Shown here: piece after piece, positions 27,856 to 41,651 of the stretch
How the letters are laid out: every line of letters begins with the position of its first letter
How positions within the stretch are numbered: the stretch's first letter is position 1
Assembly: GCA_965178125.1 (NCBI GenBank)
Contig: OZ237763.1
Location: 62,001-126,000 of the forward strand
Direction of reading: 5' to 3'
Source of the DNA: Bilabrum cf. latius
Taxonomy: Eukaryota
Length of the DNA stretch: 64,000 bases
Made by a program: the position numbers and the translations under genes
Notes under the pieces: generated by a model
Told to the model about the DNA's origin: nothing
The model's input: the letters and a program-made list of their open reading frames with translations, nothing else
The model's database searches: none

Positions 27856-29899
27856 TCATGTCTCCATCCGGGCAGTGCCGCCAGCAGCCGGCGATCGAGC
27901 ACTCACGACCTCGCTGGCCTCACGCCCGCCATCCATCCGGGCCGAGCCATCGCCGTACCCGGCGGCCCCCGGCACTACATCCGGGCCAGCACCAGTCCCA
28001 TCACCGCCATCCATCTTCATCCCGACCGACCCCGCCCCTGCACCTCTAGTCGCAGCTCCCGCACCCGCACCCGCACCCGCACCCGCACCCGCACCCGCAC
28101 CCGCACCCGCACCCGCACCCGCACCTGCGCCCGCACCTACACCCACACCCACACCTACACCGACCCCCAGACCAGAGCCCACCCCCGTGCTAGGCCCCGC
28201 CGCCCCAGCCCCAGCCCCGCTCCTCCCCTTTGCCGCAGCAGCCGCCGTCTCGGCCCTGCATGCCACCATCTCCGCGTACATGTGTGCCTGCAGCAGCCGC
28301 TGGGGCATCTCCTCCGGGTACCCCTCCTCGAACGAGCCGTCAAAGGGCCTGGGCATCAGCGGCTCCGGGGCCCGGCCCGCGATCGACGCAAAGAAAGGGT
28401 GGTCCAAACACTGCTGCACCGTCAAGCGGTCCTTTGGATCGAACCGCAGCATGCCCTGGACCAGGTCGGCGGCCTGCTTGGAGGCCTTGGGGAAGAGCGC
28501 CCTGTAGTCCGGACACTCGATCTTGCCTATCTTGGCCAGCAGACGCTTGGGGCCCGGGTGGTCGATGAACGCGGATTCCTCGGCGGACGGGGTCCCCAGT
28601 TTCCTCACGATGAGCTCCAGCTGCTCCTTGGTGCTCTTGCCCTTGAACAGGGGCCTCCGCTGCAGCAGCTCGGCCATGATGCATCCAGCGCTCCAGACGT
28701 CCACCGCGGCAGTGTACTTAGTGGCCTCGCACAGGAGCTCCGGGGCGCGGTACCAGCGCGTGACAACGTACTTCTGCGCGGGTTCTGACAGAGGAAGGCT
28801 CGGGAAGCACGGTGCACTACAGGCAGTAGGCATGGCTGGCAGCTCTGCCTGGCGAGCAAAGCAACTCAATTCTGCAGATAAAACCAGCAAATAATACATT
28901 CGGACAATTTAAGAAACTTGCCTTGAGCGCAGAACTACAATCTGGTCGTTAAATGCGGCAAGAAATGAATGGGAAAAAAGCTTCGCGAGCCGTCAAAACC
29001 GCGGAGCTCGATCTCGACTCACCGTCATCGGCTCCCCTCCCCCCGTCACGCCGCGTGCTAGGCCAAAGTCGCAGATTGCCAAGTCGCAGTTGGAGTTCAC
29101 AAGCAAGTTGCTCGGCTTGATGTCTCGGTGCAGCACACCGCCCGAGTGGATATACTTCAACCCGCGCAGAATCTGGTACATGAAGTACTGTGCGTGCTGC
29201 TCCGTTAGAGGTTGCGGCGACAGAACGATACGCTCCAAATCGCACTCGAATAGCTGTGTCACAATGTACAGGGTGTGAAAGTCCGGAGTGTCTGGGGGTC
29301 CCGTCATGATGTCGACAAGCTGCACGATGTTGTCGTGAAGGCCGTAGTATCGAAGCAGTTTGATCTCCCTTAGAATCCGTTTGGCATCGACGAGGTCATG
29401 AAACACGCGTGAAATCCTCTTGATCGCCACTCTTCGGCCTGTTTCCTGCGTGTTGATCACACTTACGAAGGGAAAAAAGCGAGAGAGAGTGCTGTAATGA
29501 TCGATCCAGACATTCAATAAGCACGGAACTTGGACATAGGATCTGTTGTACGGGACTTTAATCAGATCACATTATTCCGCTATGCACTGGAGGCCGAAGA
29601 TGCGCCATTGATAGCTTTCTGGAAGTATTGGCGGGAGATTGGCAATCGATTCGTAGCAGTGCGGTGCTCACAACGTCTGTTGCTGCCGCCACCAACCCAT
29701 ACGCACCACGTCCGATCGGCTTGAGATCATAGTAGCGAACATCTACCACAAACTCCGTTTTGCCCAACACAACGCGGTGGTACCGTCTGGGAGGCTTCAC
29801 GCGGCCAGCTCGACGAACGGTATCAAATGCAAGCTCATCTGGCGACATTTCGACTGCTTTCATGCTCGCTTCACCTCCTGACATGGCGCTGCTAGCCAT
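27856..29899 (-). CDS. MAP kinase paralog B (ERK/plant-like MAPK with TKY activation motif)
   Basis: [60 protein letters not shown]. Introns 29446-29671 and 28774-29022. Ends TGA. Confidence 0.93.
28061..28120. repeat. (GCACCC)n about 10 units, homologous to the expanded array in MAPK A
   Basis: Directly visible. Confidence 0.95.
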
Positions 29900-30252
29900 A
29901 GTTCCTCTTGTAATTCGATTGGAACCGCTTTATCGAGCCACACAGCAGGGCCGAGTGCAGGTATGGATCGTTTTATTCACGTGGTCGCGTTCCGCCGAAT
30001 CCACCTCACGGTGTGACAAGTGCGATGTGGCGATTTTTGTCGTGCCGAGCAAGCACATTCTGCCAAGAATGTAGAGTATGAAGTACCACCAGGACCCTAA
30101 TATTGCTGCACAGTTGAGCAGCGCGCAAGTGTGAGGCCCATTTAGACTCGTGCCATTGTGATATTCGGATTTGCTTCTTGCGAAGCGATAGATTTTCACT
30201 TGTCCGCTCCTTTGCCCCTTATAGTCACGAAAAGGACTACAAACCGCCATCA

Positions 30253-31669
30253 ATGCTTTTATCAGCGGATGGTGATGCCTCGCTAGGCATAAGTTCTTCC
30301 CTTCGCAAGCTTGAGGACACAGCAATGGAAATGCGGGCCGTGAATGAGCAGCAACCGGTAAGCGCCACGACATTATACGTCAAATACACAGATCTGCAGA
30401 CCGATCATTTATTTTCATTCTACATGCCTTCCCTCTTCGCAGATCATCCTGCTGGGAACTCCCGCGGCTGGAGCTCTCGTTGAGGCCGAGATATCCGTGG
30501 CTCGCGGCTGGCTCTGGGGCTCCCTGCTCTTCAGCTTTGTTCTCCTGGTGGCCCTCACCGCGAATATCAACGGGGCCGACTCCGTATCTGACGTGATCAG
30601 CACGCAGATATCTCCCTTTCAGGCCCAGCAGACGTACGGCAGAGAGAGCGCAACTTCGCCTCTTCAAGGGGGCGATGCCCCCTCAGGCTAGCCCCAGGAT
30701 GCACGGCGTGCTCTTGCGGGAGCAGACATAGACACAGGCACAAGCTCGGGCCCCGAAGTGTAGGTGCCTAAGGCTGATGGAGGCAACGACTCCAGCAGGA
30801 ACATGTAGCCCAAGGCTGCACTCCCGGGCCGCCCGAAACCCATGCTCACGTACAGGCGGTTCCCTGCACCACCCAGCACCAGACCCAGTGGCATGGAAAA
30901 TGATTCGTTGGTGCCTCACGAGGAGCCCGGCGAGGACGGTGTGACGGGTGATCCCACCGGGGCGCGGGGGCTCTGGGCACTGGCGGTGTGGGCCCAGCGG
31001 GCTGCTGCCGGAGCGGCGAGGCGCGCTGACCGGCTCGTGCACCGCAGTGCGATGCGCGCGGCGGAGCGGCTCGGGGCGGGGGCTGCCGTGTATCGGCAGC
31101 TGCACCGCAGTGCGGTGCACGCGATGGCTGCAGCCCCAGCGAGCTGGGAGATTCGTGAAGAGGGCGGAACGCGGGAAGGGGCGGGGGGCGGGGACGTGGG
31201 AGACGTGGGGCGCGTAGGTGCTGTGGGGACTGCCAGTAGTGATGGTCGAGGGGATACTGCGGCCGACTCTGGCCATCGCCGTCGGCGGCTCGATCCGAGG
31301 CTCAGTGAGGCGATGGTGCCTGCCCCGATCCCGATCGCGCGCTTCTTGTGGCCGGAGGAGCCCTCTGCGGGCGAGTCCGGCGGGCGGCTGCATCGCATGC
31401 AGGCGCGAGCGACGGTGTGTGCGGTTGCAACCGGCGTGCTACTGGGGCTGGTGGCGGTGGGTCTAGCGCTGGAGATGACCGTGCTGCTGCACGTCGGCGA
31501 GGCCCTCCTGATGGGCTGGTCGGTGCTGCTGCTGGGGCTCGCCCCCACGCAGTCCCTGGCCTGGCGAGCTGTGCTGGACGTGTTTGTGTCTCTGCTGGCG
31601 CGGAGGTGCAGGGTCATGCTCGAGCCAGCCGTGCACTCCGGGATCTCCGACCGGGTTGCGCCCATGTGA
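30253..31669 (+). CDS. Hypothetical multi-pass membrane protein (3' end uncertain)
   Basis: Exon 30253-30357, intron 30358-30442, then one frame with hydrophobic segments (WLWGSLLFSFVLLVAL; ATVCAVATGVLLGLVAVGLAL) joined across TAG at 30689, 30761, 30806. A further hydrophobic stretch at 31740-31900 may be another exon. Confidence 0.55.
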
Positions 31670-31935
31670 CGAGTGTTATGGGCGGTAGGTGGAGGGGGTG
31701 GTGGCAGGAGGGAAGGAGCCGTCCAGGTGTGCTCGCGTGGATTTGCGTGTTGTTTCTTGGTGCCTCACTGCGTTGGTGCTTTCTGGTATACGCGCGCCTA
31801 TCAACGCGCATTACGTGGTGGGCGCGCTCGTGTGTGGCGTGGCGGCCTTCGCAGCGTGCGCCGTGCTGCCAATTTCAAACTCGTCACTATGGCCTGCAGT
31901 CTTGCGCGAACGCAAGTGCTGCAGAAACAGCCAGT

Positions 31936-34900
31936 ATGGAGGAACCTGAAGCAGTTGTCAGGGCAATCAAGTAGTTTGTTGATGGTGTGGCGCCAAGTAC
32001 TGGGCATGATGGCTTGCGGTACGCCACTTTGCTCCTCGGATCTCAGATTGGCGGCGCTGCACCTGCAACGAAGGACTCCTCTGCGTACCTAGCGCACGAA
32101 TTAGATGTGTGCGCTGCCCGAGCTGGAGAAGCTATCGCATCGTGCGAGTAGTTTACCAGGGCTCGAAGATCTATTGAGCGTGCTAGCGAACGGGGATCTG
32201 CGCAGACACTAGGGTTAGCTCTTTTGAAAATGCGGGTCTCGGCGTTGGAACTAGTGACAGATATGTGCAGCCTATGCCTTCTAGCATAATCCAAAATGTT
32301 TGTATCGCGTATCTCTAATACTCCCTTTTCGCAGGTCTGTCGTACGGGTTCTCACCGAAGTGCACACGCGAGGTGCGGCCCAAGCGCTTGCGCTGACCGT
32401 CCCCACAGCACCCTCAGAGGAAGCTTCTGGTCCACAAACCGATCAAATTTCTGCAAGTACACCATTAGCTCCATCAAGTTCCTTTAATCGGCCCAAGGGC
32501 CGCGTAGCACTGGCCCGCGCGGCCGCCGCGGCCTCCCGAGGCGCCGCCACTGGCCCCGGGTCTCTCTTGCACTCGTCACGCGAGCGGCACCTCATCCCCA
32601 CCAGCGAGCAGGACCTGGTCCGAGCCCTCCTCATGGCGATGCAGGGTGTGACGAGCGAGCTGGTGGCCTGGGACGCGGGCCGCCGAGCCTTCGTGGTGAG
32701 CGAGGCACTGGCGCTGCCGGCCCCCGCCAGGCAGCTGGCCGCCAGGGTGTGCGAGGCGGGGTGGCTCTACCGGCGCGTGCGGAGGTGGTGTGACGAGTGC
32801 ACCGATCCAGCAATGGGGGCGGGGCCCGTGGAGCAGGCTCTCGGGGGGGCGGTCCGGGCCGAGCTGGACGCCTACCACCAGGCCCTGGGGGGCATGGGCG
32901 CGAGGGCCGTGCGGATTGTGACGAGTGGGTCGGCCGGTGGCGTGGGGGGCAAGGTGTCGGAGGCCACTGTGGGGGGCGTTGACTCTCCTGAGGCCCCCTT
33001 GTTCCCTGGGCTGACTCTCCGGCGGCTGGCGCTATGGGCCGCCGAGCCCGTCAGGCGGCTCTCGATCATCGCGCAGATGCTGGACGCGGCGGGCTCTCTG
33101 CGCGGGGCAGCGGCGGTGACGCAGGTGTGGAGATTCACGGGGCTGGGTGACCCCGTGCTGGCCGGGATTGCGGAACGTCTGGCGGTGCGCGGCGCCCGGC
33201 CAATCTTCGCGGCCATGCGCACGTGGGTGCGGGAGGGCCGTCTGGGCCAGGGAACAGCAGGATCCGGTGTGACGAGTGCGGACGGAGCCAGCGGGACGTT
33301 CTTCGTGCGGGTACGCCCGGGGATTCCGGCTGATAGGCTGTGGCAGGACAGATACAGGCTGGACGGCTGGCGCAGGCCGGGGTTCCTGGGCCGGGCCGAG
33401 TGCCGGCTCGTGTACCGGATCGGCAAGAATCTGAACTTTTTGCTCGAGTGCTGCGGAGACTAGGGCTGGGTGGCGGGCACGAGGGCTGGAGATGCTCCGC
33501 GGGGTGCTCTTGGGGGTGCAGGGGCAGGGGCAGGGGCAGGGGAGGGCGAGTCGTCGCTGGATGGCCAGGGTGAAGATGAAGAGTCATGGGCCCAGGCCGT
33601 GGATAGGGAAGAGCGGTTTCTGCTTCAATCAGGGAACAGCGGGTCGGAGTCGGGCGGGCATGTGCGTGCAGAAGCAGTCGGGTTCGGTGGGTATGGGGGC
33701 GGCAGCAGCAGCAGATCGGCGGGCGCAGCTGGTGAGATTGAGGGTGAGATGGCGCGGCAGGCGGCATCGCAGGCTATGCGAGAGGTAGGGACAGTTGGAG
33801 CACTTTCTGGTGCTGCACCTGCGCTTCCCGCCACCTCGCCGTACGGTGAGGGCAACAAGGAGGAGGAGGAGGATGAGGGGGAGGAGGATGATGGTGCCTC
33901 TGGTGCCGCGGCGGGCGGCCTGCCTCGGCTGCTGCGCCGACTGGCACGTCGCTCGGACACCCGCGTGCTCCGGCTGCTGTTCGGGCGGAACCGGCTCTGG
34001 TCCCACCTGGCAGCATGCCACCACTACCTGCTGCTCGCGCGGGCGGACTTCGTCACTGCACTGGTCCCTGCCCTTGAGCCCATCCTGGGGAGACCAGCCA
34101 CGGAGATCGGGCCCCACGTGCTGATCGCCGCCCTGGACGGTGCTCTCCGCTCCTCGAGCGCGGCCAGGGAACTGCCCCCCGAGTGCATCCAGCGGCTGTG
34201 CGTGCGACTGGAAAAGGCCCAACCGGGCGACACTGGCAGGGACATATTCGTGCTGGACTACCAGCCGCCACTAGCCCTCATGCCCGTGCTCTCCCACAGG
34301 CACTTGGCCGCCTACCGAAGGCTCTCGGGATTTCTGCTCCGAGTCCGTCGTGCGCGCTGGACGCTGACCGAGGACTGGAGCAGGCACGCGGGCACCGCGC
34401 GGAGCTTGCGGAACCGGCCAGAGCTACGGCAGGCGCTGCACGCGCTGCACCTCGCGCGGCAGGACATGGCCCTCTTCATGCACACCCTGGAGTCGTTCGC
34501 CACTCTCGAGGTGCTGGGAGGGGAGTGGAACCGCCTGAGGGACCGAGTGGCCGCTGCCAGGGCGCTGCCTGACGTGGTTGATGCGGTCGGGATGTACCTG
34601 CACGCGGCCATGGAGAGGCTTCTTCTGGCAGGGAGCAGGAAGAGGAGGAGACCCGCCCCCGCGCTGCAGGCGCTCATAGGGGAGTGCCTACGGTTCGCGG
34701 GTCTGTCTCAGAGGGTGCTTAGGAGGGCAGGGCGGGCGGAGGACGCGCTGGGGCAGGCCGAGCTGGACTGGAGGGAGGCCAGGGAACAAGAGGAGGATGC
34801 CAGGGAACAAGTTGCGCTGGGGGACGGGCCGGACGCGAGCCGCGAGGAGAGGCGGGCGGGCGAGGCGGCGCGGCAGCTCCTGGACAGGGCGCAAGCCAGA

Positions 34901-35170
34901 GTGCTCGCAGCCGAGGTGGAGAGAGACAAGGCCCAGAGGTCGCTGGAGGAGCTGGGGAAGAGCGCGCTCAAGGCGCTCGGAGGGGTAGTGGGCACGTACA
35001 GGCGTCACCTCATGGCTCTGCTGGCGGCGGTGCGCGCGGGAGGGGCGCGACTCCTAGAGTGGAGGGCGCTCACGGTGCAGTTCGACTTCAACGAATTCTA
35101 CGAGGGGAGGGCAAGGGCTGGGCTTGAAGGGACGGGGGCAGGGGCTGGCGCGGCTGTGGGGATGGCTTAA
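31936..35170 (+). CDS. GCP3: Gamma-tubulin complex component 3 (Spc98/GCP3)
   Basis: N-terminal LRYATLLLGS, EQDLVRALLMAMQG, VCEAGWLY, IGKNLNFL..CCGD, YLLLARADFV and C-terminal FDFNEFY. Intron 32214-32334. TAG at 31972, 32149, 33461. Ends TAA. Confidence 0.88.
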
Positions 35171-35338
35171 GTGATCCAGTGATCCCGTACGCCGGCATGC
35201 GATTCCTAATGCAATGTAAGCGCGTCTTGCGGCTGGTGATCAAGCGAAATCGAATTGCCGGCGAAACAATCACGTTGCCAGCTCCTGCCCCCATCTAGAA
35301 TCTAGTTAGATCTGAACTTTCTTACCGATTACAGCGGT

Positions 35339-38300
35339 TCAATTCATCGGGACACTGGCTCTAGCAGCCGCTGCCTCTTGCATCCTCCGCTTCCTCTGCA
35401 TCCCCGCTGCCCTCCTGAACCCAACGAGCACCCTACCCCGATCCCCAGGCTCCCTCAGCCAGAACCTTGCCCCCCTCCACCGACCCATCGCGTGCAGGCA
35501 GCGAAGGAACCGTCCGTGGTCCTTTGTGTAGGCGCATCGCACGATGGCCCTCGCCTGCTCGGCTTCTCCATGACACCCGACCCCAGCGAAGACCCACTCG
35601 GGGAGGGGCTCCTGCTGATTGGATGCTGCCGTCGAGACCGAACCACGATCCAGCTGGGCTGATGACTTTGCAGCCCTCTGCTCTGCTCTCGAGCTGGAGC
35701 TATGCCTTGCTGCGGTAGTTTCCTTTGTGGATGCAGTCCTGGCCACTTCGGAAGACGCCGTTCTGATACCGGCCTATGCACTCGCACCTACCTTCAAGTG
35801 CGGAAGCATGGCACCTTTTGCCTGCAGCTCGGTCAGTGACTCAGGTGCTCCCGGGAGGTCAGAGCCGTAGAACTCACGCATAAATTGCGTCAGGGTAGAG
35901 TGCTGAGGTGCTTCCAGATCTCGTACGCGGAAACCGTAGTAGATCTACCTGTCGTTGGACTGCCGGTCGGCCGCTCCGAACCGGATGAAATCACCAGGCG
36001 CAGTGGCATCTTTGATCGAGTCAAGGTCCATCCGCACGCCCTCGAGATCGATGCCAGACCCCGCCAGCCCGCGATCCACAGCCCTTTGCAACGAGAGAAG
36101 CAGCTGTGGGGCCGAGATCCGAGGAGGGGCTTTCCGACGGCTTACCTTTCGTCGGTACACGGTCTTGCCACCGCGCTTGCCCGACATTGGGACGCTCTTT
36201 GCGCCAGATAAGCCCTTATCGTTTGCACGTTTGTCTCTCCGCATCGCTGAGTTCTTTGCCGAGTCCACACATTGCCCATGCATGTCTATGCTCGCCCTAT
36301 CAGAGGCAAGGCAGTCTTGTCGGGATGCAGCAACACCTGCTCTAGTGAGATCATGTTCGGCGTTGTCTTCCGAGTTGTCTTGTTCTGTTCCGCTTGCTTG
36401 TTTCTGTCCTGGCGAGGCCCGGTTGTTGCTTCCACCGCTTGTGCTGCCAGGAGGCTCAATTTTGTCATGATTCAGCCCAAGCATCTCGCACATGGTAGCA
36501 ACAGGCGGATCTACTCCCCACCTGCCTCGTGCAGCCGCCTCCGCCACAAGCAGCCGATGCTGGTTGATCGTGGCTCTTGGCAGGCACACCTTGTCGAAGC
36601 TGCCCCGGAGCCTTGCCCCCTGCATCAGCAGCAGCAGCACTTTGTCAAGAGCACCCTCAGGATCCACCTCATAGCTCTCTGCCGCTGCCAGGATCGGGCG
36701 GCCATAGAAAAAGGTCATTGGGTCATAGGCTTGGTCCGCCCGCGCACCTGCCGCCAGCAGCCCAGCCACCGCCTCCAGACCCCTCACCCTGCATGCCTCG
36801 GACAGAGCAGATTGCGCGGCAGACCGCATGTATGCCGAGTCCCGGCACGTCATCAGCGCGACATACAGTGTGTCCGTGGTGCCGATCTTGCCGAGATTCC
36901 TGAGGAGCCTGTCCACCCGTGCATTGATTCGAGCGAAGTTCACCACCACGGACAGCTGCTTCGGGTCACCACCTCCACACTTTACGAGTCTGTTTGCCAC
37001 GTCCTCGATGGGCTCCTTCTCTATGCCATCCTGCCTGCTGGCACCACTCCCAGCTCCCATAAGGATAGGCAGCCCACTGGACCTAGCAGCGCGAGCAGCC
37101 GCCCAGCGCCGCTGCCAATCCGGGGGGCAATCAGCGTCCGTGTCCCGGTTGCTGGGCAGACTAGTGGCGAGCTGTAGCACCGTGCCGGAGCAAAGAGGGG
37201 TGTATTCCATGCTGCGGGCGAATCTACTAAAGACCACGTACCCCTCCTAGTGTTGATAGTCCACCCAATCCGTTGCGAGCACCCTTCCAACGGACCACAT
37301 GGCACCGTGGCTCCCTACTTCTGCTGAAGAGACTTGCAGCGGCGGCCGCTCATCGCTGCTACCCATAGCACCAGCACCAGCACCAGCACCAGCACCAGCA
37401 CCAGCACCAGCACGAGCGCCAGCACCAGCACCAGCACCAGCACCAGCACCAGCACCAGCACCAGCACCAGCACCAGCACCAGCACCAGCACCAGCACCAG
37501 CACCAGCGCCAGCGCCAGCACCAGCGCCAGCACCAGCATTTGCAGTAGGATGGCAGTCTGCACGCGTGTCTGAAACCGGTGCAGGTCTACCCCCCGTCCG
37601 AATGTTGCCGGCACTGCCCCTCCTTTTCCATCCCATGGCGGCGCTTGCACCTGGCAGAGGTGGGGCATAGCGCGATGGGGCCTGCAGCGACAAGTGGGCT
37701 AGGGCACGCCATGCGGCTTGCCTGAATGTCCCCGCAAGATGCCGGGTGCTCAACCGCAGCCACGCGGCAGAAGAAGCGCCCGCCAGGATGCCTCGCTCCA
37801 ACGCCTCGAAACTCGCGGTGCACTCCCCGAACCGCGTCGCCGTCGCACCTACAGCCGCAAATCCAGACAATGGTCCCGGCGCAGGAGAAGAGGGTGCTCC
37901 ATCCAAGCCGAGACGAGCCTCGTTGCCTCGATTGCACTCTTGATCGAGAATTCGAACAGCGGCTTCGACCGCGTCAACGCACTGGCGCATCGCGACCAAG
38001 CAGCTAGGAACATCGCCGCCAGAGCCAGATGATGATGCCTCACTCGGCTGCATGGGAGCCGCTTGGGCGCTGCAGGTGCGGTCGAGTTCGACCCGAAGAG
38101 CTTCGGCGGCGTCGCTGACAGTCAATCCGAGCCGTGCTGCGGAAACATTAGTACCTGGGCAATCTGGTGCATCGGGGGTTTGGTTGTCCGCTGAAACGCT
38201 AGCTCGCGTTGAAGACAACCCGCGGGACGCCTCGCCCGCGAGTAGCTGCGCGACTACACGCTGCCGCCTCATGGCAGAGAGCGTGAGCATTCCACCCGTG

Positions 38301-40690
38301 GATTGGTCCGGTTGCAAAGCCGTGGTGAGGCCGGGCATGCAAATCTTCGCGCCTGCCTCTGGTTCAATTCGAATCGCTGGGCTGCCAGTATTGTCCACGA
38401 CGTCGACCTAAAGCTGATCCAGACCACCTTGGATCAGCTTGTTCAATATAGGCCGCATCGCGTCCACCAGGTTGGATGCTCGGCCCAATTCGCTGTGCGA
38501 GTGCCCAAAACCGACAAAATCGTGCGATCTCCAGCTCAACCGATACATGGCCTTGCGTCCCCCCTCAAACTCGACATCCTCGATGGGAACCACTGGGTCT
38601 CCTCGTACTGGCCCTCGGGCTGGTGACCCTGACGCCGATGCACCTGCAGCTGTGGCGTGGGCGGCCGACTCGTGCTACATTCCTGCTATCGTGGCGTCGT
38701 CGTCACCACTAGTCTACGACTCAAGCGCTTGCCCCACCCTCTGAGCGAGCTTGGCCATGTATGCCCTGTTCGCCTGGACGCACGTGGTGCGGGACTACGG
38801 TGGCATGACCGCTCTGTGCATGGCTGTATCCTCTAGTTGAACCGCACTGCGATGGTGCGCTTCTCCACTTAAAGAATGCTCGCTGTTTCTTCCACCCACA
38901 CGTTGGCTCACTGCCCGCACCCATTTCTCGACATCCGCGTCCTCCCTTTCTGCAGCAGCAAGTATGGCCAGAGAGGCGAACAGCCGAGTGTCCTCCTTGT
39001 GCAATGCTGTTGACTCGACGGCCCGTGCCACGTAGTGCAGGGGCGTGGCCCCCCTGGAATTGCCCTGCAGCAACAAGCCCTCCCCGCCCTGGGCCAGCAG
39101 AGGGAGAGCGCCGGCCGTGTACTTGGCTGCCGCAGCCATTTGGGCCGCAATCGAGTGGGCTCGCGTGCTGAGCCTGGCCTCACCACAATGCTAGCCCTTA
39201 ACATGGCTCCCTCGCCGGTCGAGTGCGTTGCTGTCCATCTCCTCGTGCGCCTGCAGGATCCGTGTGACGACTGACTGCCTTCGTTGGATCGACTAGGCGA
39301 GCTCGAATTCTAGCTGGCTATCACTCACGTCCGCAGGAAGCACTGCAGTGGTCTATCTATCTGTGGGATACCCTAGCATGCCCCTTCCAAGGTCGTCCTC
39401 ATCCGCAGCATCCACCCTAGCCGTCCTCCATCGATTGGGACCCCCACCTTGCTGCCTCACCATATCATCCTAAACGTACCCGCCCAGCAGGCCAGCCCCC
39501 ATCTCCCGTGCGGCTGCATCTGCGAGCAGCATGAATCGAGTGAACCTCGCGCGGATTGACCGGCTGCCGCCTTCCAGCTCCACTGCAGCCTCCCTAGCAG
39601 CAGCTGCTGCTGCGCCACTAGCAGCAGCAGCAGCAGGATTATAATCATCGCAACTCATGGCCGAAGCTGCAGATGACATTGCACCAGGGCGTGTGCTGTG
39701 ACCTGCACCGCCGCGCAGTGTAGCCAGCAGCTCCCTAGTGATTGGCCCAGGCACCTTTGCTTTGCCTTTGCCCCTGCCCTAGCCATCATCAGCGCCTCGG
39801 TCTCTGTGGGTCCCAGTATCGTCCCGCATCGAGGATGAGCTCGATGTGCTTGCCGGTGTGCTTATGCCGGTTGTGGTGGTACCCGCAGGATTCGCATTCG
39901 AGCAAGATGCACCCACCGCCACTGCCACTGGCACTGGTGCTGGCAGCCCAGTCGGGCCACCATCGACCCTAGGGAAGTACAGCTGCAGCTCCCGCAGCTC
40001 CACCCCCGTTGTTGGCTCATTCCTAAGCAAACTAGCGCCCCGTGATACCAACGCGCGGACAGTTTCAATGTGTCTCTGCCACACCGCCAGCTGCAAAGGG
40101 GTGTAGTTCCCAGGCGGCTAAGAGGGGAGGCGGGCATCGGGATCGAAGTACAGCCCACTGTCTAGAAGCAAGGCACATGCCCCCACTCGCCCGTGGAAAG
40201 CGCAGAAATGCAGCAGCGTGCCATATTGTGGCGGGTATGGGATGTGTGCACCCCATCTTGGCCTTGCTCGCTGGATGGGGGGCAACCGATAGACTGCGGC
40301 AGCCGGAGAGACAGCATGACCGGCGCCGAGAACGAGGACGAGCATCGCGCGCTTAGCCTGCGGCAGACTTTCCGAAGCACGCATAATCTTCTTGATTGGA
40401 ATTCCGTGCAGTGGTTTATTGCGCCTCCACGGATTCACAGCTCGATCTTCTGCAACAATCCGAGCGACCTCGACATATAACCTGCAGATAAGTTCAAAGG
40501 CAACATCAGGCAGCTACTTCATCGTTCCAATGGCTACGATGAAACTGTAAGCTGCAGAATGCAGTGCATTGGATTCGGCGGTGAATTTGACTAGCACCAG
40601 TTCCTGCAAACTTGCTGGCACTGGACCAACCTAGCTGTACACAACATCTACCAACTCATGCAAAACCTTGGATATCGAGGCAATATCCAT
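35339..40690 (-). CDS. Giant (about 1783 aa) ankyrin-repeat-containing protein, tandem copy A
   Basis: One frame from ATG 40690 to TGA 35339, interrupted only by about 15 TAGs. Ankyrin motifs [67 protein letters not shown]. Confidence 0.75.
37368..37537. repeat. (GCACCA)n hexamer array coding (Gly-Ala)n within copy A
   Basis: About 28 units with a few variants; absent from copy B. Confidence 0.95.
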
Positions 40691-41566
40691 TTTTAAACGG
40701 TGCTGATTATCACTAAAATCGATCGGGAGAGGACACAATTTCATGCTCCGAATCCGAGTGAAACAGTGGAGCAGTGTGCAAATGCACTAAATTATGCGCA
40801 GGCTGCTGCTGCGGCAACTTTCAACTTCCGCTTCCTCTGCATCCCCGCTGCCCTCCTGAACCCAACGAGCACCCTACCCCGATCCCCAGGCTCCCTCAGC
40901 CAGAACCTTGCCCCCCTCCACCGACCCATCGCGTGCAGGCAGCGAAGGAACCGTCCGTGGTCCTTTGTGTAGGCGCATCGCACGATGGCCCTCGTCTGCT
41001 CGGCTTCTCCGTGACACCCGACCCCAGCGAAGACCCACTCGGGGAGGGGCTCCTGCTGATTGGATGCTGCCTTCGTGACCGAAGCGACGCGGCGGGCAGG
41101 AGTGGCCACGTTGCCACGGGCAAGCCTACTTTTGGAACTGGGGCTTGGGGCTACCTTTGGCACCGGTTTATCTTTGGAACTGGGCCTGGGAGCTGCCTTT
41201 GTCGCCGAACCAGGCCACAAGGACGCCTTCTGGGCAGGTCTAGGTCTGGCGGCCCCCATCTTGATGAGACCCCCGGGTTTGTGACCGCCAGAGAGCACTT
41301 CATTCGAGTCCGAATCGAATATGATGTCACATGCAACGTCGCTGTCACTGCGACTGTCTGACTCCGGCCCACGGGCCTTATGGGCCCCCTGTGTTGCGGG
41401 CTTGGGAGGTTTGGGCGTCTTCTTAGTCAGCTTGCTCGCCAATGCCTTGCCAGCTGCCTTCTTCGTGCTTGTGGAGGTCTTTTTCGCCCAAGGGCTCGGT
41501 TCCTTCTCGTCCTCTGAATTCGAGCTGGATTCTGATTCCGATTCCGTCTCGCTCCCTGTGTCGCTA

Positions 41567-41651
41567 CCGAGATCTAAACCCGGCTCTGTCGCAGCAGATT
41601 GCTTGATACCGAGATCTAAACCCAACTCTGTCGCAGCAGATTGCTTGATAC
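41567..41651. repeat. About 42-bp direct tandem duplication (GIKQSAATExGLDL x2)
   Basis: ccgagatctaaaccc..ctctgtcgcagcagattgcttgata occurs twice. Confidence 0.85.

Noticed and set aside
39251-39460. Possible 210-nt intron (GTGAGG..CTGCAG) in ankyrin copy A
   Set aside because: Length is a multiple of 3, it has no TAA/TGA in frame and it translates as plausible protein. Treated as coding, but unresolved.
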